Shown: in pieces, positions 36,033 through 47,202 of the stretch | Numbering within the stretch: the stretch's first letter is position 1 | How the letters are laid out: the number at the start of each line of letters is the position of its first letter | Assembly (NCBI GenBank): GCA_045655565.1 | Contig: JAZOPN010000056.1 | Span: forward strand, 1-58,929 | Reading direction: 5' to 3' | Source of the DNA: Eubacteriales bacterium | Lineage (GTDB): Bacteria > Bacillota > Clostridia > Oscillospirales > CAG-272 | Length of the DNA: 58,929 bases | The notes under the pieces: model-generated | What the model was told of the DNA's origin: nothing | Databases searched by the model: none | What the model saw: only the letters and a program-made list of their open reading frames with translations | Translations under genes and position numbers: made by a program

Positions 36033-36731
36033 ATGAAACGAATTCTTTTGAAACTCTCGGGCGAGGCACTCGCCAATGATTCAGGACAGATTTATGACAA
36101 CTCCTTTGTAGACCGCGTTGCTATGGCGCTAAAGAGGTGTGCAGATGACGGCTACGAGATTGCTGTTGTTGTCGGCGCGGGAAATATCTGGCGTGGCAGA
36201 CAGGGTGGCGAGATGGACCGCGTGGCAGCCGACCGTATGGGTATGCTCGCAACGGTGATAAACGCCATTTGCCTAAAGGACGCGATTGAGCGTGCAGGTG
36301 CCCCCGCCACGGCAATGACCTCTGTGCCTATGGCTCCATTTGCCGAGCCTTATTCTGCCGAGGCAGCGGTTGCTCATCTTGAGGCAGGTAAGGTTGTTGT
36401 GTTTGGCGCAGGACTTGGTATTCCGTTCCTATCCACTGATACCACCGGCGCAGTAAGAGCGGCGGAGATAGGTGCAGATGCTATGTTTATGGCTAAGAAT
36501 ATAGACTATATCTACACCGCAGACCCCAGGGTAGACCCTACCGCGAAGAAGCTTGAGCGCATTAAGGCATCGGAGGTTCTCGCTATGAACCTTAAGGCGA
36601 TAGATGCTACCGCTACGGCATTTTGCCTCTCTACCGGTATGCCTATTCATGTGTTCGGACTTAAGGATCCCGATGATATTATTAAGGCGGTTCACGGTGA
36701 GCTTGTAGGCACCGTTATCACAGCAGAATAA
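36033..36731 (+). CDS. pyrH: UMP kinase
   Basis: RILLKLSGEAL, GNIWRG, DRMGMLATVIN, STDT. Confidence 0.95.
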   Translation: MKRILLKLSGEALANDSGQIYDNSFVDRVAMALKRCADDGYEIAVVVGAGNIWRGRQGGEMDRVAADRMGMLATVINAICLKDAIERAGAPATAMTSVPMAPFAEPYSAEAAVAHLEAGKVVVFGAGLGIPFLSTDTTGAVRAAEIGADAMFMAKNIDYIYTADPRVDPTAKKLERIKASEVLAMNLKAIDATATAFCLSTGMPIHVFGLKDPDDIIKAVHGELVGTVITAE

Positions 36732-36757
36732 ATTGCACTTGTATAAGGAGAAGATAT

Positions 36758-37312
36758 ATGAAACTCGATACCAGAGATTTTGAGACCAGAATGAAAAAGA
36801 GCGTTTCCGCATATAACGAGAACCTCTCCACTATTAGAGCGGGTAGGGCTAACCCCGACGTTCTCAAGAGAATAACGGTGGATTACTACGGCTCGCCCAC
36901 ACCTATCTCGACCATTGCGGAGATTAAGGTTGTTGACGCGCGAACTATTGTTATCACTGCTTGGGATAAGTCGATTATGAAGGGCATTGAGAAGGCTATT
37001 CTCACCTCCGACCTCGGCATAAACCCCCAGAACGATGGCAGCGCTATCCGTCTTTCGTTCCCCCCTATGACCGAGGAACGCCGTCGTGAGCTGTCTAAGC
37101 AGATTTCCAAGATGGGTGAGGATGCTAAGGTTGCTATCCGTAACATACGTCGTGATGCCACCGATGCCATCAAGGCCGCTAAGAAGAATTCCGAGATGAC
37201 CGAGGATGAGGCTAAGTCCAGCGAGAAGGCTGTTCAGGAGCTAACCGATAGATACATTAAGGAGATTGATGCAGTTACCGCCTCTAAGACGAAAGAGATT
37301 ATGGAGATCTAA
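36758..37312 (+). CDS. frr: Ribosome recycling factor
   Basis: IRAGRANP, YYGSPTP, LGINPQNDG, TEERRREL, VAIRNIRRD. Confidence 0.98.
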   Translation: MKLDTRDFETRMKKSVSAYNENLSTIRAGRANPDVLKRITVDYYGSPTPISTIAEIKVVDARTIVITAWDKSIMKGIEKAILTSDLGINPQNDGSAIRLSFPPMTEERRRELSKQISKMGEDAKVAIRNIRRDATDAIKAAKKNSEMTEDEAKSSEKAVQELTDRYIKEIDAVTASKTKEIMEI

Positions 37313-37316
37313 CTCC

Positions 37317-38045
37317 ATGGCGGCAAAAAAAATAGAATTACCCAAGGTTGACGCGAGGCTTAATTCTATCGGCATTATTATGGATGGTAACGGTAGATGG
37401 GCTAAGCGCAGGCTCTTGCCGCGTAGCGCAGGCCATGTTGCAGGTGCTAAGATAATTCAGCCTATTCTCGAGGATCTTCGCGAGATGGGCATCCATTATG
37501 TAACCCTCTACGCCTTTTCCACAGAAAACTGGAACAGGCCCAAGGATGAGGTCGATGGTCTTATGGAGTTAATATATAAGTATCTCGATGAGGTAGTAGT
37601 TGCCAAGGTTAAGAGTGACCACGACTTTTGTATGCGCTTCCTCGGTGATAAGTCACGCCTCTCGGAGAAGCTTAGAAACAAGTGCATCGAGATCGAACAG
37701 ATGGCTGAGGGGAGAAAGTTTGTCTGCAACCTCGCCTTAAATTACGGCGGCAGAGACGAGATAGTCCACGCGGTAAACGAGGCGATAAGAGAGGGATGCA
37801 ACCCTGTTACGGCAGAGGATATATCCCGCCATCTATATACCTCGGCATCTCCCGACCCCGACCTAATTATTAGAACGGGCGGAGAGTGCAGGGTGTCGAA
37901 CTTCTTGCTCTGGCAGGGGGCGTACTCGGAGCTTCACATCACCGATACACTTTGGCCGGACTTTGGGCGAGCTGATATAGTTCGCGCGGTCGAGGACTTC
38001 TACTCCAGAGACCGCCGCTTTGGCGCAATAAACGTAGATAAATAA
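37317..38045 (+). CDS. uppS: Undecaprenyl diphosphate synthase
   Basis: IMDGNGRWA, AFSTENWNRP, NYGGRDEI, IRTGGECRVSNFLLWQ. Confidence 0.97.
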   Translation: MAAKKIELPKVDARLNSIGIIMDGNGRWAKRRLLPRSAGHVAGAKIIQPILEDLREMGIHYVTLYAFSTENWNRPKDEVDGLMELIYKYLDEVVVAKVKSDHDFCMRFLGDKSRLSEKLRNKCIEIEQMAEGRKFVCNLALNYGGRDEIVHAVNEAIREGCNPVTAEDISRHLYTSASPDPDLIIRTGGECRVSNFLLWQGAYSELHITDTLWPDFGRADIVRAVEDFYSRDRRFGAINVDK

Positions 38046-38099
38046 ACTATTAAGCGATATTTTCGTGTTGTAGCACATTTGTGTGAAGAAAGGTTATCA

Positions 38100-38942
38100 A
38101 TGAAGGTTAGATTGCTTACTGCCCTTGTTATGGCAGTGCTTGGCGTACCGATACTTATTTTCTCGGAGCTTATAACATTCTCAATAGCCGCAGGCCTATT
38201 ATGCCTCTGTTGCGTGTGGGAGATGCTTCGAGTTATGGGGCTATCTAAAAAACATTCGGTCTCTGTGCCGTCATATCTTGTTGCCTTGGCACTTCCGTTC
38301 TTCGGGCATAAGATATTCTTTGGCACGAGTGAGCAACTGAATTATATATTGGTTGTGGCGATAGTTATGTTTATTCTCTTGATTTACTTTAACTTCGTTG
38401 CAGTGTTCTCACACGGTGCCATCACCGCATCCGATGCTAGCCATACCTTTGCTACGCTATTCTATATTATAGCATCCTTCGTCGGCATCGTTGTGCTAAG
38501 ATATATGGATTATGGTAACATCATATACCTTATGGTATTCCTTGTTGCTTGGGTTTCGGACGGTGCTGCGTACTTCGTCGGCACATTCTTAGGCAGGCAT
38601 AAGCTCGCGCCTCACATCAGCCCGAAGAAGACTGTTGAAGGCTCGATTGGCGGTGTAGTGTTTGCGACAATTGCTTGTATTGTATTCGGCGTTATCGTTT
38701 CGTATATGCATCCGGAGCTTAAGCCAAATTACATCACCCTCGCCATAATCGGTGCTATCCTATCGGTTATTGCACAGCTTGGCGACCTTTGGGCTTCTCT
38801 TATCAAGAGAGAGTATGGCGTTAAGGATTACAGCAACATTTTACCTGGACACGGTGGAATATTTGATAGGTTTGACTCTGTTCTCGCAATATGCGTGCCT
38901 ATGATGATAGCCTGCTTCGTATTCAACCCGTTCGGTATTTGA
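38100..38942 (+). CDS. cdsA: Phosphatidate cytidylyltransferase
   Basis: ISPKKTVEG, GDLWASLIKR..VKD, PGHGGIFDRFDS. Confidence 0.96.
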   Translation: MKVRLLTALVMAVLGVPILIFSELITFSIAAGLLCLCCVWEMLRVMGLSKKHSVSVPSYLVALALPFFGHKIFFGTSEQLNYILVVAIVMFILLIYFNFVAVFSHGAITASDASHTFATLFYIIASFVGIVVLRYMDYGNIIYLMVFLVAWVSDGAAYFVGTFLGRHKLAPHISPKKTVEGSIGGVVFATIACIVFGVIVSYMHPELKPNYITLAIIGAILSVIAQLGDLWASLIKREYGVKDYSNILPGHGGIFDRFDSVLAICVPMMIACFVFNPFGI

Positions 38943-39053
38943 TTTAAGAAGCTTATCTTAGTGCGTGAGATTATCGCGCCTACAAAAAACCGTCGCGGAA
39001 TAATTACTGCGACGGTTTTTCAACCAAACCAATGATTTAGGAGGTGCGAATAT

Positions 39054-40208
39054 ATGCCTAAAAGCATTGCCATATTGGGCGCGACAGGCTCGGTGGGTAC
39101 ACAGGCACTGGACGTTGCCAGAGCTAGAGGTTATCGCGTTGACCTGGTCACGGGTGGCAGAAATGTTCTGCTTATGGAGAATATTTGTCGCGAGTTTAGA
39201 CCGCGATATCTCGCTATGGCTGACATTAATTTGGCACATGACCTCGCTATTCGTATATCAGATACTGATACTAAGGTGCTGTGCGGCTCTGAGGGTATTA
39301 TTGAGGCGATAGGACTTACCGATGCCGAGACGGTAGTCAATTCTATACTCGGTGAGGCGGGACTTCTTCCGACCCTCGCAGTTATAGATAGCGGCAAGAG
39401 GCTTGCCCTTGCTAACAAGGAGTCGCTTGTTATAGCAGGTCACATCGTGACAGAGCGGCTTAAGGCTAAGGGCGGAGAACTCATCCCCGTAGATAGCGAG
39501 CATTCTGCAATATTTCAGTCACTTAAGGCAGGCAGGCGCGAGGAGATACGCCGTATTATACTCACGGCATCCGGTGGCCCATTCTTCGGCAAAAGTCGTG
39601 AGGAGCTATCGCGCGTAACCCTAAGTGACACCTTAGCGCACCCAACATGGAAAATGGGACGAAAGATTACCGTCGATTCGGCAACACTAATGAATAAGGG
39701 CTTTGAGGTTATCGAGGCGGTACATCTCTTTGGCACATCCCCCGAGATGGTGGAGGTTGTTGTGCACAGGGAAAGCATACTTCATTCCGCAGTTGAATAT
39801 ATTGATAGCACGATAATAGGCGAGATGTCGGTGCCTGATATGCGTATGTGCGTGCAATACGCGGTAGATTACCCCGACAGATGCCACGGTGCAGCCGTCC
39901 CCCTCGACCTTTTTAGCGTTGGCTCATTAACCTTTGCACGCCCCGACTATGAGGCGTTCCCCCTGCTCGCTCTTGCAACACGCTCGATGTCTGATGGCGG
40001 TGCTATGCCCGCGGTTGTTAACGCCGCCGATGAGGTCGCGGTCGAAGCATTCCTAAACGGGAAAATCGGCTTTATGGATATATCCGACACGGTGCTGGAA
40101 ACCTATTCCGTGATGAGTTATGCCTCGTCGGTTGTTGATTTGGATGGCATAATCAGTGCGGACAGAGAGGCTCGCAGGATAGCTAAGAGCATAATAGATA
40201 GTAATTGA
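39054..40208 (+). CDS. dxr: 1-deoxy-D-xylulose 5-phosphate reductoisomerase
   Basis: LGATGSVG, LANKESLV, PVDSEHSA, TASGGPF, HPTWKMG. Confidence 0.97.
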   Translation: MPKSIAILGATGSVGTQALDVARARGYRVDLVTGGRNVLLMENICREFRPRYLAMADINLAHDLAIRISDTDTKVLCGSEGIIEAIGLTDAETVVNSILGEAGLLPTLAVIDSGKRLALANKESLVIAGHIVTERLKAKGGELIPVDSEHSAIFQSLKAGRREEIRRIILTASGGPFFGKSREELSRVTLSDTLAHPTWKMGRKITVDSATLMNKGFEVIEAVHLFGTSPEMVEVVVHRESILHSAVEYIDSTIIGEMSVPDMRMCVQYAVDYPDRCHGAAVPLDLFSVGSLTFARPDYEAFPLLALATRSMSDGGAMPAVVNAADEVAVEAFLNGKIGFMDISDTVLETYSVMSYASSVVDLDGIISADREARRIAKSIIDSN

Positions 40209-40229
40209 TTTAGTTTCGGAGAGAATTTG

Positions 40230-41294
40230 ATGAACACAGCGATAACCATAATTGTATCAATATTAGTCTTCGGCTTTTTGATTTTTATTCACGAGTTTGG
40301 ACACTATATAACCGCACGGCTCTTTAAGGTTTCCATAACCGAGTTTTCAATAGGTATGGGGCCATCCCTCGTTACTTATGAGTCAAAGCGCAGCGGTATA
40401 ATATACAAGTTGGCGATGTTCCCGATAGGCGGCTATGTTGCTATGGTCGGTGAGGACGAGGAAACAGACGACCCCAACGCATTCAATAAAAAACCCGCGT
40501 GGCAGCGCTTTATAATCACCGCTGCGGGCGCACTTGTTAATATCCTGTTTGGGTTCTTGGCTATGCTACTCATCGTCGGCATAATGAAAATCGGCGGCAC
40601 AACCGTCGGGCAGTTTGTGACAGATGAGGATATAAGTTCAGCATATGAGGATGTAGATATTTCCTATCGCTCCTCTGACAAGTTGATGATTGGGGATGTT
40701 ATAACTAAGGTGAATGGCAAAACCGTACTTCTTGCCGACGAGTTGTCCTACGAGATTATGCGTAACGGTAATGAGCCGGTTAATATAACAGTCGTCCGCG
40801 GTGGTGAGACGGTCGAATTATACGATGTCGTATTTCCTCGTATTAATGACCAGGGACAGAAGTTTGGCTTGATGGACTTCAGGGTCTATAAAATAGATAA
40901 GGGTATCGGTAACTTCTTCTCGATAGCCTTCCGCAAAACAGTGCTTGTGCTCCGTATGTGTTGGGAGTCTATTTACGACCTTATCACAGGCAGATATACC
41001 GTTGCGGCAATTTCCGGCCCCGTCGGTATATCAGGCGCGATAGGTGATGCGGTAGCGGCAGGCTTTGCTTCCGTGCTTAATATCGTTGTTATAATCAGCA
41101 TTAACTTAGGATTTATGAACCTGCTTCCTATCCCTGCGCTTGACGGTGGTAGGCTGCTCGCGGTTCTTATAGAAATGATAACAAGGAAGAAAATACCCGC
41201 TAAGATTGAGGCAGCTATAAACGGTGTAGGTCTTGCGGTATTGCTCCTTCTGTCGGTTGTCATTATGATAAAGGACATTTTTACGCTGTTTTAG
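40230..41294 (+). CDS. rseP: RIP metalloprotease RseP (M50)
   Basis: HEFGH, FSIGMGP, PDZ-like region, NLLPIPALDGG. Confidence 0.95.
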   Translation: MNTAITIIVSILVFGFLIFIHEFGHYITARLFKVSITEFSIGMGPSLVTYESKRSGIIYKLAMFPIGGYVAMVGEDEETDDPNAFNKKPAWQRFIITAAGALVNILFGFLAMLLIVGIMKIGGTTVGQFVTDEDISSAYEDVDISYRSSDKLMIGDVITKVNGKTVLLADELSYEIMRNGNEPVNITVVRGGETVELYDVVFPRINDQGQKFGLMDFRVYKIDKGIGNFFSIAFRKTVLVLRMCWESIYDLITGRYTVAAISGPVGISGAIGDAVAAGFASVLNIVVIISINLGFMNLLPIPALDGGRLLAVLIEMITRKKIPAKIEAAINGVGLAVLLLLSVVIMIKDIFTLF

Positions 41295-41310
41295 AGAGGA
41301 GTATTCGGGT

Positions 41311-42384
41311 ATGAGTGAGAGAAGATATAGTCGCGCCGTTAAGGTGGGGAATATGGTGATAGGTGGCACAGCCCCAATAACCGTTCAGTCTATGACCAAT
41401 ACCGACACTCACGATATGGATGCTACCTACTCACAGGTGATGCGCCTTGTAGAGGCAGGGTGTGATATTGTACGCATTACCGCCCCCGACCTTGATAGCA
41501 TCAAGACCTTTGAATATATTAAGGCTCGGGGTGTAGAAATCCCCCTTGTCGCGGATATACACTTCAACCATAAAATAGCCATAGCCGCGGCAGAGAGCGG
41601 AGTGGATAAGATACGCATCAACCCCGGCAACATAGGCTCTGACGAGAATGTAAGAGAGGTTGTTTTGGCGTGTAAGAGGTATAATGTGCCTATTCGTATA
41701 GGCGTGAATTCCGGCTCGCTCGAGAAGCATATTTTAGCGAAATACGGCGCCCCGACCCCCGAGGCACTTGTAGAGAGCGCGCTCTATCACGCATCACTTC
41801 TTGAGAAATTCGACTTTAGAGATATAGTTATCTCGGTTAAGGCGTCCTCTGCTATGGGGATGATAGAGGCGAATCGCCTGCTTGCCGAGAGATGCGACTA
41901 CCCCTTACACCTGGGCGTTACCGAGGCTGGCGGTGGCACATCTGCCGCCGTAAAGTCCAGCGTCGGCATAGGCGCGCTTCTCGCCCTAGGAATAGGTGAC
42001 ACAATAAGAGTGTCCCTGACCGATGACCCGACCGAGGAAATATCATTAGCAAGAGAGATACTCTCGTCTCTCGGGCTAAACCCGAAACCCAAAATGGACA
42101 TAATCTCCTGCCCGACCTGTGGCAGGACAAAGATAAACCTAATACCGATGCTCTCGGAGTTTAAGCGTCGCGCCAAGGAGGAGGGCTTCGATAGCCTGCC
42201 TATCAAGGTCGCGCTTATGGGCTGTGTTGTCAATGGCCCCGGCGAGGCCCGCGAGTGCGATGTCGGTATTGCAGGCGGAGTAGGTGAGGGACTTCTCTTT
42301 AAGCGTGGAGAGATAATTAGAAAACTTAAAGAGGACGAGCTGGTAGAAGCCCTTATTGAAGAAATCCGCCAAATGATGGCATAA
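41311..42384 (+). CDS. ispG: HMBPP synthase
   Basis: VQSMTNT, PLVADIHF, RINPGN, LHLGVTEAG, CPTCGR, GCVVNGPGE. Confidence 0.97.
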   Translation: MSERRYSRAVKVGNMVIGGTAPITVQSMTNTDTHDMDATYSQVMRLVEAGCDIVRITAPDLDSIKTFEYIKARGVEIPLVADIHFNHKIAIAAAESGVDKIRINPGNIGSDENVREVVLACKRYNVPIRIGVNSGSLEKHILAKYGAPTPEALVESALYHASLLEKFDFRDIVISVKASSAMGMIEANRLLAERCDYPLHLGVTEAGGGTSAAVKSSVGIGALLALGIGDTIRVSLTDDPTEEISLAREILSSLGLNPKPKMDIISCPTCGRTKINLIPMLSEFKRRAKEEGFDSLPIKVALMGCVVNGPGEARECDVGIAGGVGEGLLFKRGEIIRKLKEDELVEALIEEIRQMMA

Positions 42385-42405
42385 GACACCAAGAAAGGAC
42401 GAGTA

Positions 42406-45400
42406 ATGGCAGAGAAAAGTTTCTTCGATGTCTTTAAGAGATATCAACCAACAAAAGAAAAAAGAGACCTACTTCTTCGCGCTAGAGATGCGAAGTTTAG
42501 ATATATAAAAGAGCCACTTCTTAAGATGGAGGTTGAGTTAACCTTTGACGCTCATGAGGACGCTGAGTTATTATATGAGATTGCTGATGAGTGTCGCGAA
42601 CTGTATTCTGCCTCATCATTTATAATAATGCCGCATTTTCCTGCAAACACATTTGATATATCTCGCTTTGATGAGATTACATATGAGGGCGCAAGGTGCG
42701 GTGCTATCACGCAGGGCTTCTTCTCCGGTGCGAGTTACCGCGAGTGCGCTGACGAGATACATATTGAGATACCGTTTCTTGAAGAGGGAATAGCATTCCT
42801 AGAGAGCGCACACACCCAAGAAATACTATCAAATATACTCGCCAGCCGTTATGGTATCAAGCGTAAAATCGTCATTACCACCTCGGCTAACTGCGATGAA
42901 TACAGGCGCGAGATGGAGGCGCGTCGCGCCGAAATACTTATCGAGGCGGAGCGTGAGCAAAAGGACAACGCTATGCGTGATGCCGAGCTTGCCGCTAAGC
43001 GTCGCGAGGAGGAGGCGAGAGCCGCCGATCCACACTATGACTTTGAGGAAAAAGTGGGACTATCCCCTCTCGCAGGTCAAAACCGTAAGATAGACAGCAC
43101 CACCTTTAAGATGGGTGCTACGACCTATGACACATCCGCCCCCACCCATATATACGGTGAGGACTTCGCTATATCTGACCCCACACCCCTCTCCGCGCTT
43201 GAGACAACCGCGGGTATGCTTGTCTACCTCGGCACAGTTTACTCGGTAGAGATTAAGGAGAGACGACAGGGCGATAGGTTCAATATTACTCTGGGAATAT
43301 CCGATGGCGCTTGTGGTGCTACTCTTAGAAAGAGTGTGCTTCCCGATGATATTGATTGGGCTAAGGGAATTAAGTCGGGTATGCATATTGCCGTTATGGG
43401 CAGGATGAGGCGAGATAGGTTTGATAACGAGCCGTTTATCGACATCAAGTCTATTATGAAGATAGGCGTATTCCATAGGACGGATGATGCTCCAAGAAAG
43501 CGCGTAGAGCTTCATTTGCATACCAATATGTCACAGATGGATGCCATCATTACCCCCGGCGAGCTGGTTGATACCGCTATCCGTTGGGGACACAAGGCAA
43601 TTGCCGTTACCGACCACGGTAATGTGCAGTCATTCCCCGAGGTTATGCTCGCGGTTGAAGCGGCAGAAAAGGCAGGCAAAGGCCCCTTAAAGATACTCTA
43701 CGGTATGGAGGCGTATTTCGTTAACGATACCGCTAAGTGTATCTTTGGTATGAATTATCCCGCTTTCGAGGACGAGATGATTGTTTTCGACCTTGAGACC
43801 ACAGGTCTATCCAATAAGGTATGCAAGATAATCGAGATAGGTGCTGTAAAGATAAAGGGTGGAGAGATACTCGATACATTTAATATTTTTGTCGACCCGG
43901 AGGAGCCTATCCCCGAGCATATAACAGAACTAACATCCATCACCGATGAGATGGTCGCGGGCGCACCAAAAGAGGGGGAGGCGGTTAGGGCATTTCTCGA
44001 TTTTGCAGGCGACCGTATGCTTATTGCGCATAACGCGAGCTTCGATGCAGGCTTCATCCGTGTTGCCGCGCATCGAAACGGCTTGGAGTTTAATAACACC
44101 TACCTAGACACAGTCGGACTATCTAGATATGTCAACCCCGAACTCAAAAAGCATAAACTTGATATTTTGGCAGAGCACTATAAACTGGAGGACTTCCATC
44201 ACCATAGGGCATCCGATGACGCTACCACCCTTGCCAGAGTATTCTTCGTTATGCTTGACAGGCTTAAGAGCGAGGGCATAGCAAACTTTGCGGGAGTTGT
44301 CAGCGCGATGAGCGAGAACACCGACCCACTGAAGTTGAAGTGCTACCATATGGTGATATTCGCGAAAAATCTAGAGGGCTTAAAGAACCTATATAAGCTC
44401 ATATCCTTTAGTTATCTCGATTATTATAGCCGTTTCCCCCGCATTCCCAAGACCGTTCTTGAGGATTATCGAGAGGGACTTATTATTGGCTCTGCCTGCG
44501 AGGCGGGCGAATTATATCGCGCTATAATTGATGGCAGGAGCCAGCAGGAGATTGAGGAGATTGCCTCGTTCTATGACTACTTAGAAATTCAGCCCATCTG
44601 CAATAACCGATTCCTTATTGATGACGATAAGTGCGAGAGCATCAACTCGGATGAGGATATAATGGCGGTTAACAGGCAGATATACGAGCTAGGTAAAAAA
44701 CTCGGCAAGCCGGTCTGCGCTACCTGTGATGCCCACTTCATTAACGAAGAGGACGAGATATATAGGCGCATACTTCTAGCAGGTATGAAGTTTAGTGATG
44801 CGGACAAGCCCACTCCCATTTGGCTAAGAAACACAGAGGAAATGCTCAGAGAGTTCGCATATCTCGGCGACGAGATTGCCGAGGAGGTTGTTATCGACAA
44901 CCCGAATAAAATCGCAGATATGTGCGAGGTGATACGCCCCATTCCCAAGGGCAGATACGAGCCTGACCTACCGGGTGCTAAGGAAGAATTAACAGAGTCC
45001 TGCTGGCGTCGCGCCCACGAGTGGTATGGTGATAACCTGCCCGAGATAGTAGAGAAGCGTCTTGAGCGAGAGCTCACCTCAATAATCAACAATGGCTTTG
45101 CTGTGCTTTATATGATAGCGGTAAAACTGGTTGCCTACTCCGAGTCCCTCGGATATCTTGTCGGCTCTCGTGGCTCGGTTGGCTCGTCATTCGTTGCTAC
45201 GATGTCGGGTATATCGGAGGTTAACCCCCTCCCGCCGCATTACAGGTGCTTAAAGTGCCGTTACAGCGAATTCTTCACCGATGGCTCGGTCGGCTCGGGC
45301 TTCGATCTTCCCGATAAGAAGTGCCCCGTCTGTGGCGAGCTTATGTATCAGGACGGACACGATATCCCGTTTGAAACCTTCCTCGGCTTCAATGGTGATA

Positions 45401-46830
45401 AATCACCCGATATAGACCTTAACTTTTCGGGTGATGTCCAGGGTATGGTGCATAAGTACACCGAGGAGCTGTTCGGTAAGGGTCATGTGTTCCGTGCCGG
45501 TACTACCACAGGCCTTGCAGATAAGACTGCCTGGGGTTATATCAATAAGTATCTTGAGGAGAGGCAGATTAAGATACCTAAGGCAGAGATTGGTCATATG
45601 GTTACCCGTATTATGGGTATCAAGAAAACCACCGGTCAGCATCCGGGCGGTATTATATTTGTCCCGACGGAGTATGAAATATATGACTTTACGCCTGTTC
45701 AGCACCCTGCCGATGACCCGAAGTCGGATACAGTTACAACTCACTTCCAGTTCACCTATCTTCACGATACCATCCTGAAGCTTGATGAGCTTGGACACGA
45801 TATTCCAACAAAGTATAAGATGCTTGAGAATTATACAGGCACAAGCGTCCTTGATGTTAAGATGAACGATAGGGCAGTCTATGAACTCTTCGCATCTACA
45901 AAACCCCTAAATATTAGGCCAGAGGATATAGGCGGATGCCTGCTCGGTACATATGGCATACCCGAGATGGGTACTAGATTTATCCAGCAGGTTCTTCTTG
46001 ACGCTAAGCCGAAGAACTTTGCCGACCTGGTACAGATATCAGGACTGACCCACGGCACCGATGTATGGCTGGGTAATGCTCAGGAGCTTATCAAGAAAGA
46101 GGTTTGCACGATATCCGAGGTTGTCGGTACGCGTGACGGTATAATGATATACCTTATTCAGCACGGTATAGATAATAAGACCTCATTTGATATAATGGAG
46201 GCGGTAAGAAAGGGAAAGGGACTTAAGCCCGAGTGGGAGAAGATAATGCTTGAGCACGATGTGCCCGAGTGGTATCTTTGGTCCTGTAAGAAGATTAAGT
46301 ACATGTTCCCGAAAGCACACGCCGCAGCCTATGATATGTCTGCTATACGCCTCGGCTGGTACAAGATTTACTACCCGATGCAGTTCTATGCCGCATTCCT
46401 AACGGTTGCACCGGGCGGCTTCGATGCCGAGATTGTCGGTCGGGGCTACAATGGTGTTAGTGCAGTGATAAAAGAAATAGAAGATAAGGGTAATGAGGCA
46501 ACCGCTAAGGAAAATCAGCAGCTCACCACCCTATATCTTGTAAGAGAGGCTATGGCGCGAGGAGTAGTATTCCTCGGTGTCGACCTCTATAAGTCGGATG
46601 CGCGCGCATTCCTACCCGAGGACGGCAAAATTCGTATGCCCTTTAACGCCCTACCTGACCTCGGCGACACCGCCGCAGAAAGAATAATTGAGGCGAGAGC
46701 TGATGGCGAGATTTACTCTATCGAGGACCTACGACTTAGGACGGGAATATCTAAGGCGATAATCGAAATTCTTCGTCGAAATCATGTCCTTGATAACCTG
46801 ACAGAGACTAACCAGCTGTCGTTCTTCTAA
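42406..46830 (+). CDS. polC: DNA polymerase III PolC-type
   Basis: PHP ELHLHT/TDHG, exonuclease DLETTG/HNASFD/HRASDD, PDIDLNF, TTGQHPGG, YMFPKAHAAAY. Confidence 0.98.
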   Translation: MAEKSFFDVFKRYQPTKEKRDLLLRARDAKFRYIKEPLLKMEVELTFDAHEDAELLYEIADECRELYSASSFIIMPHFPANTFDISRFDEITYEGARCGAITQGFFSGASYRECADEIHIEIPFLEEGIAFLESAHTQEILSNILASRYGIKRKIVITTSANCDEYRREMEARRAEILIEAEREQKDNAMRDAELAAKRREEEARAADPHYDFEEKVGLSPLAGQNRKIDSTTFKMGATTYDTSAPTHIYGEDFAISDPTPLSALETTAGMLVYLGTVYSVEIKERRQGDRFNITLGISDGACGATLRKSVLPDDIDWAKGIKSGMHIAVMGRMRRDRFDNEPFIDIKSIMKIGVFHRTDDAPRKRVELHLHTNMSQMDAIITPGELVDTAIRWGHKAIAVTDHGNVQSFPEVMLAVEAAEKAGKGPLKILYGMEAYFVNDTAKCIFGMNYPAFEDEMIVFDLETTGLSNKVCKIIEIGAVKIKGGEILDTFNIFVDPEEPIPEHITELTSITDEMVAGAPKEGEAVRAFLDFAGDRMLIAHNASFDAGFIRVAAHRNGLEFNNTYLDTVGLSRYVNPELKKHKLDILAEHYKLEDFHHHRASDDATTLARVFFVMLDRLKSEGIANFAGVVSAMSENTDPLKLKCYHMVIFAKNLEGLKNLYKLISFSYLDYYSRFPRIPKTVLEDYREGLIIGSACEAGELYRAIIDGRSQQEIEEIASFYDYLEIQPICNNRFLIDDDKCESINSDEDIMAVNRQIYELGKKLGKPVCATCDAHFINEEDEIYRRILLAGMKFSDADKPTPIWLRNTEEMLREFAYLGDEIAEEVVIDNPNKIADMCEVIRPIPKGRYEPDLPGAKEELTESCWRRAHEWYGDNLPEIVEKRLERELTSIINNGFAVLYMIAVKLVAYSESLGYLVGSRGSVGSSFVATMSGISEVNPLPPHYRCLKCRYSEFFTDGSVGSGFDLPDKKCPVCGELMYQDGHDIPFETFLGFNGDKSPDIDLNFSGDVQGMVHKYTEELFGKGHVFRAGTTTGLADKTAWGYINKYLEERQIKIPKAEIGHMVTRIMGIKKTTGQHPGGIIFVPTEYEIYDFTPVQHPADDPKSDTVTTHFQFTYLHDTILKLDELGHDIPTKYKMLENYTGTSVLDVKMNDRAVYELFASTKPLNIRPEDIGGCLLGTYGIPEMGTRFIQQVLLDAKPKNFADLVQISGLTHGTDVWLGNAQELIKKEVCTISEVVGTRDGIMIYLIQHGIDNKTSFDIMEAVRKGKGLKPEWEKIMLEHDVPEWYLWSCKKIKYMFPKAHAAAYDMSAIRLGWYKIYYPMQFYAAFLTVAPGGFDAEIVGRGYNGVSAVIKEIEDKGNEATAKENQQLTTLYLVREAMARGVVFLGVDLYKSDARAFLPEDGKIRMPFNALPDLGDTAAERIIEARADGEIYSIEDLRLRTGISKAIIEILRRNHVLDNLTETNQLSFF

Positions 46831-46887
46831 TACGATAAATTTACACGCCTATACACTTGTGGCTATTTATGTAAATAACTATTTACG

Positions 46888-47202
46888 CTATGTTATGAAC
46901 AATAATAGCCCGAGTAGTATGGCGCATTCCTTATCACCATCTTTTGATAGGAGTAAGAAAAGCACTGCCGCAATTATCAGCAATTCCTCGCCACCTATTT
47001 TGAAGCCACGCAGGAAATCCTTGCCGAGCAGCGTGCGTAGTCCCCGTGGTAGTATTGAGGACGCACCGCCAACAGGAGTGCTGTCGCACATCTTGGCATC
47101 TTCATTTTCCATATCAGTCTCGCGTGTATCATCGAGTAGCGTTCCTCTATAACCGCTTGGTATTTGAACGGTTTCTGTATCCTGATAATCTCGTGTGTAC
47201 AT
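46888..47202 (-). CDS. Small hypothetical protein with C-terminal hydrophobic hairpin
   Basis: 104 aa, GEELLIIAAVLFLL..D...ILLGLLLF; coupled to the upstream gene. Confidence 0.7.
   Translation of the reverse strand: MYTRDYQDTETVQIPSGYRGTLLDDTRETDMENEDAKMCDSTPVGGASSILPRGLRTLLGKDFLRGFKIGGEELLIIAAVLFLLLSKDGDKECAILLGLLLFIT

Noticed and set aside
42406-46830. Intein or insertion in PolC
   Set aside because: Length and motif order are normal and no splice-junction motifs were seen.
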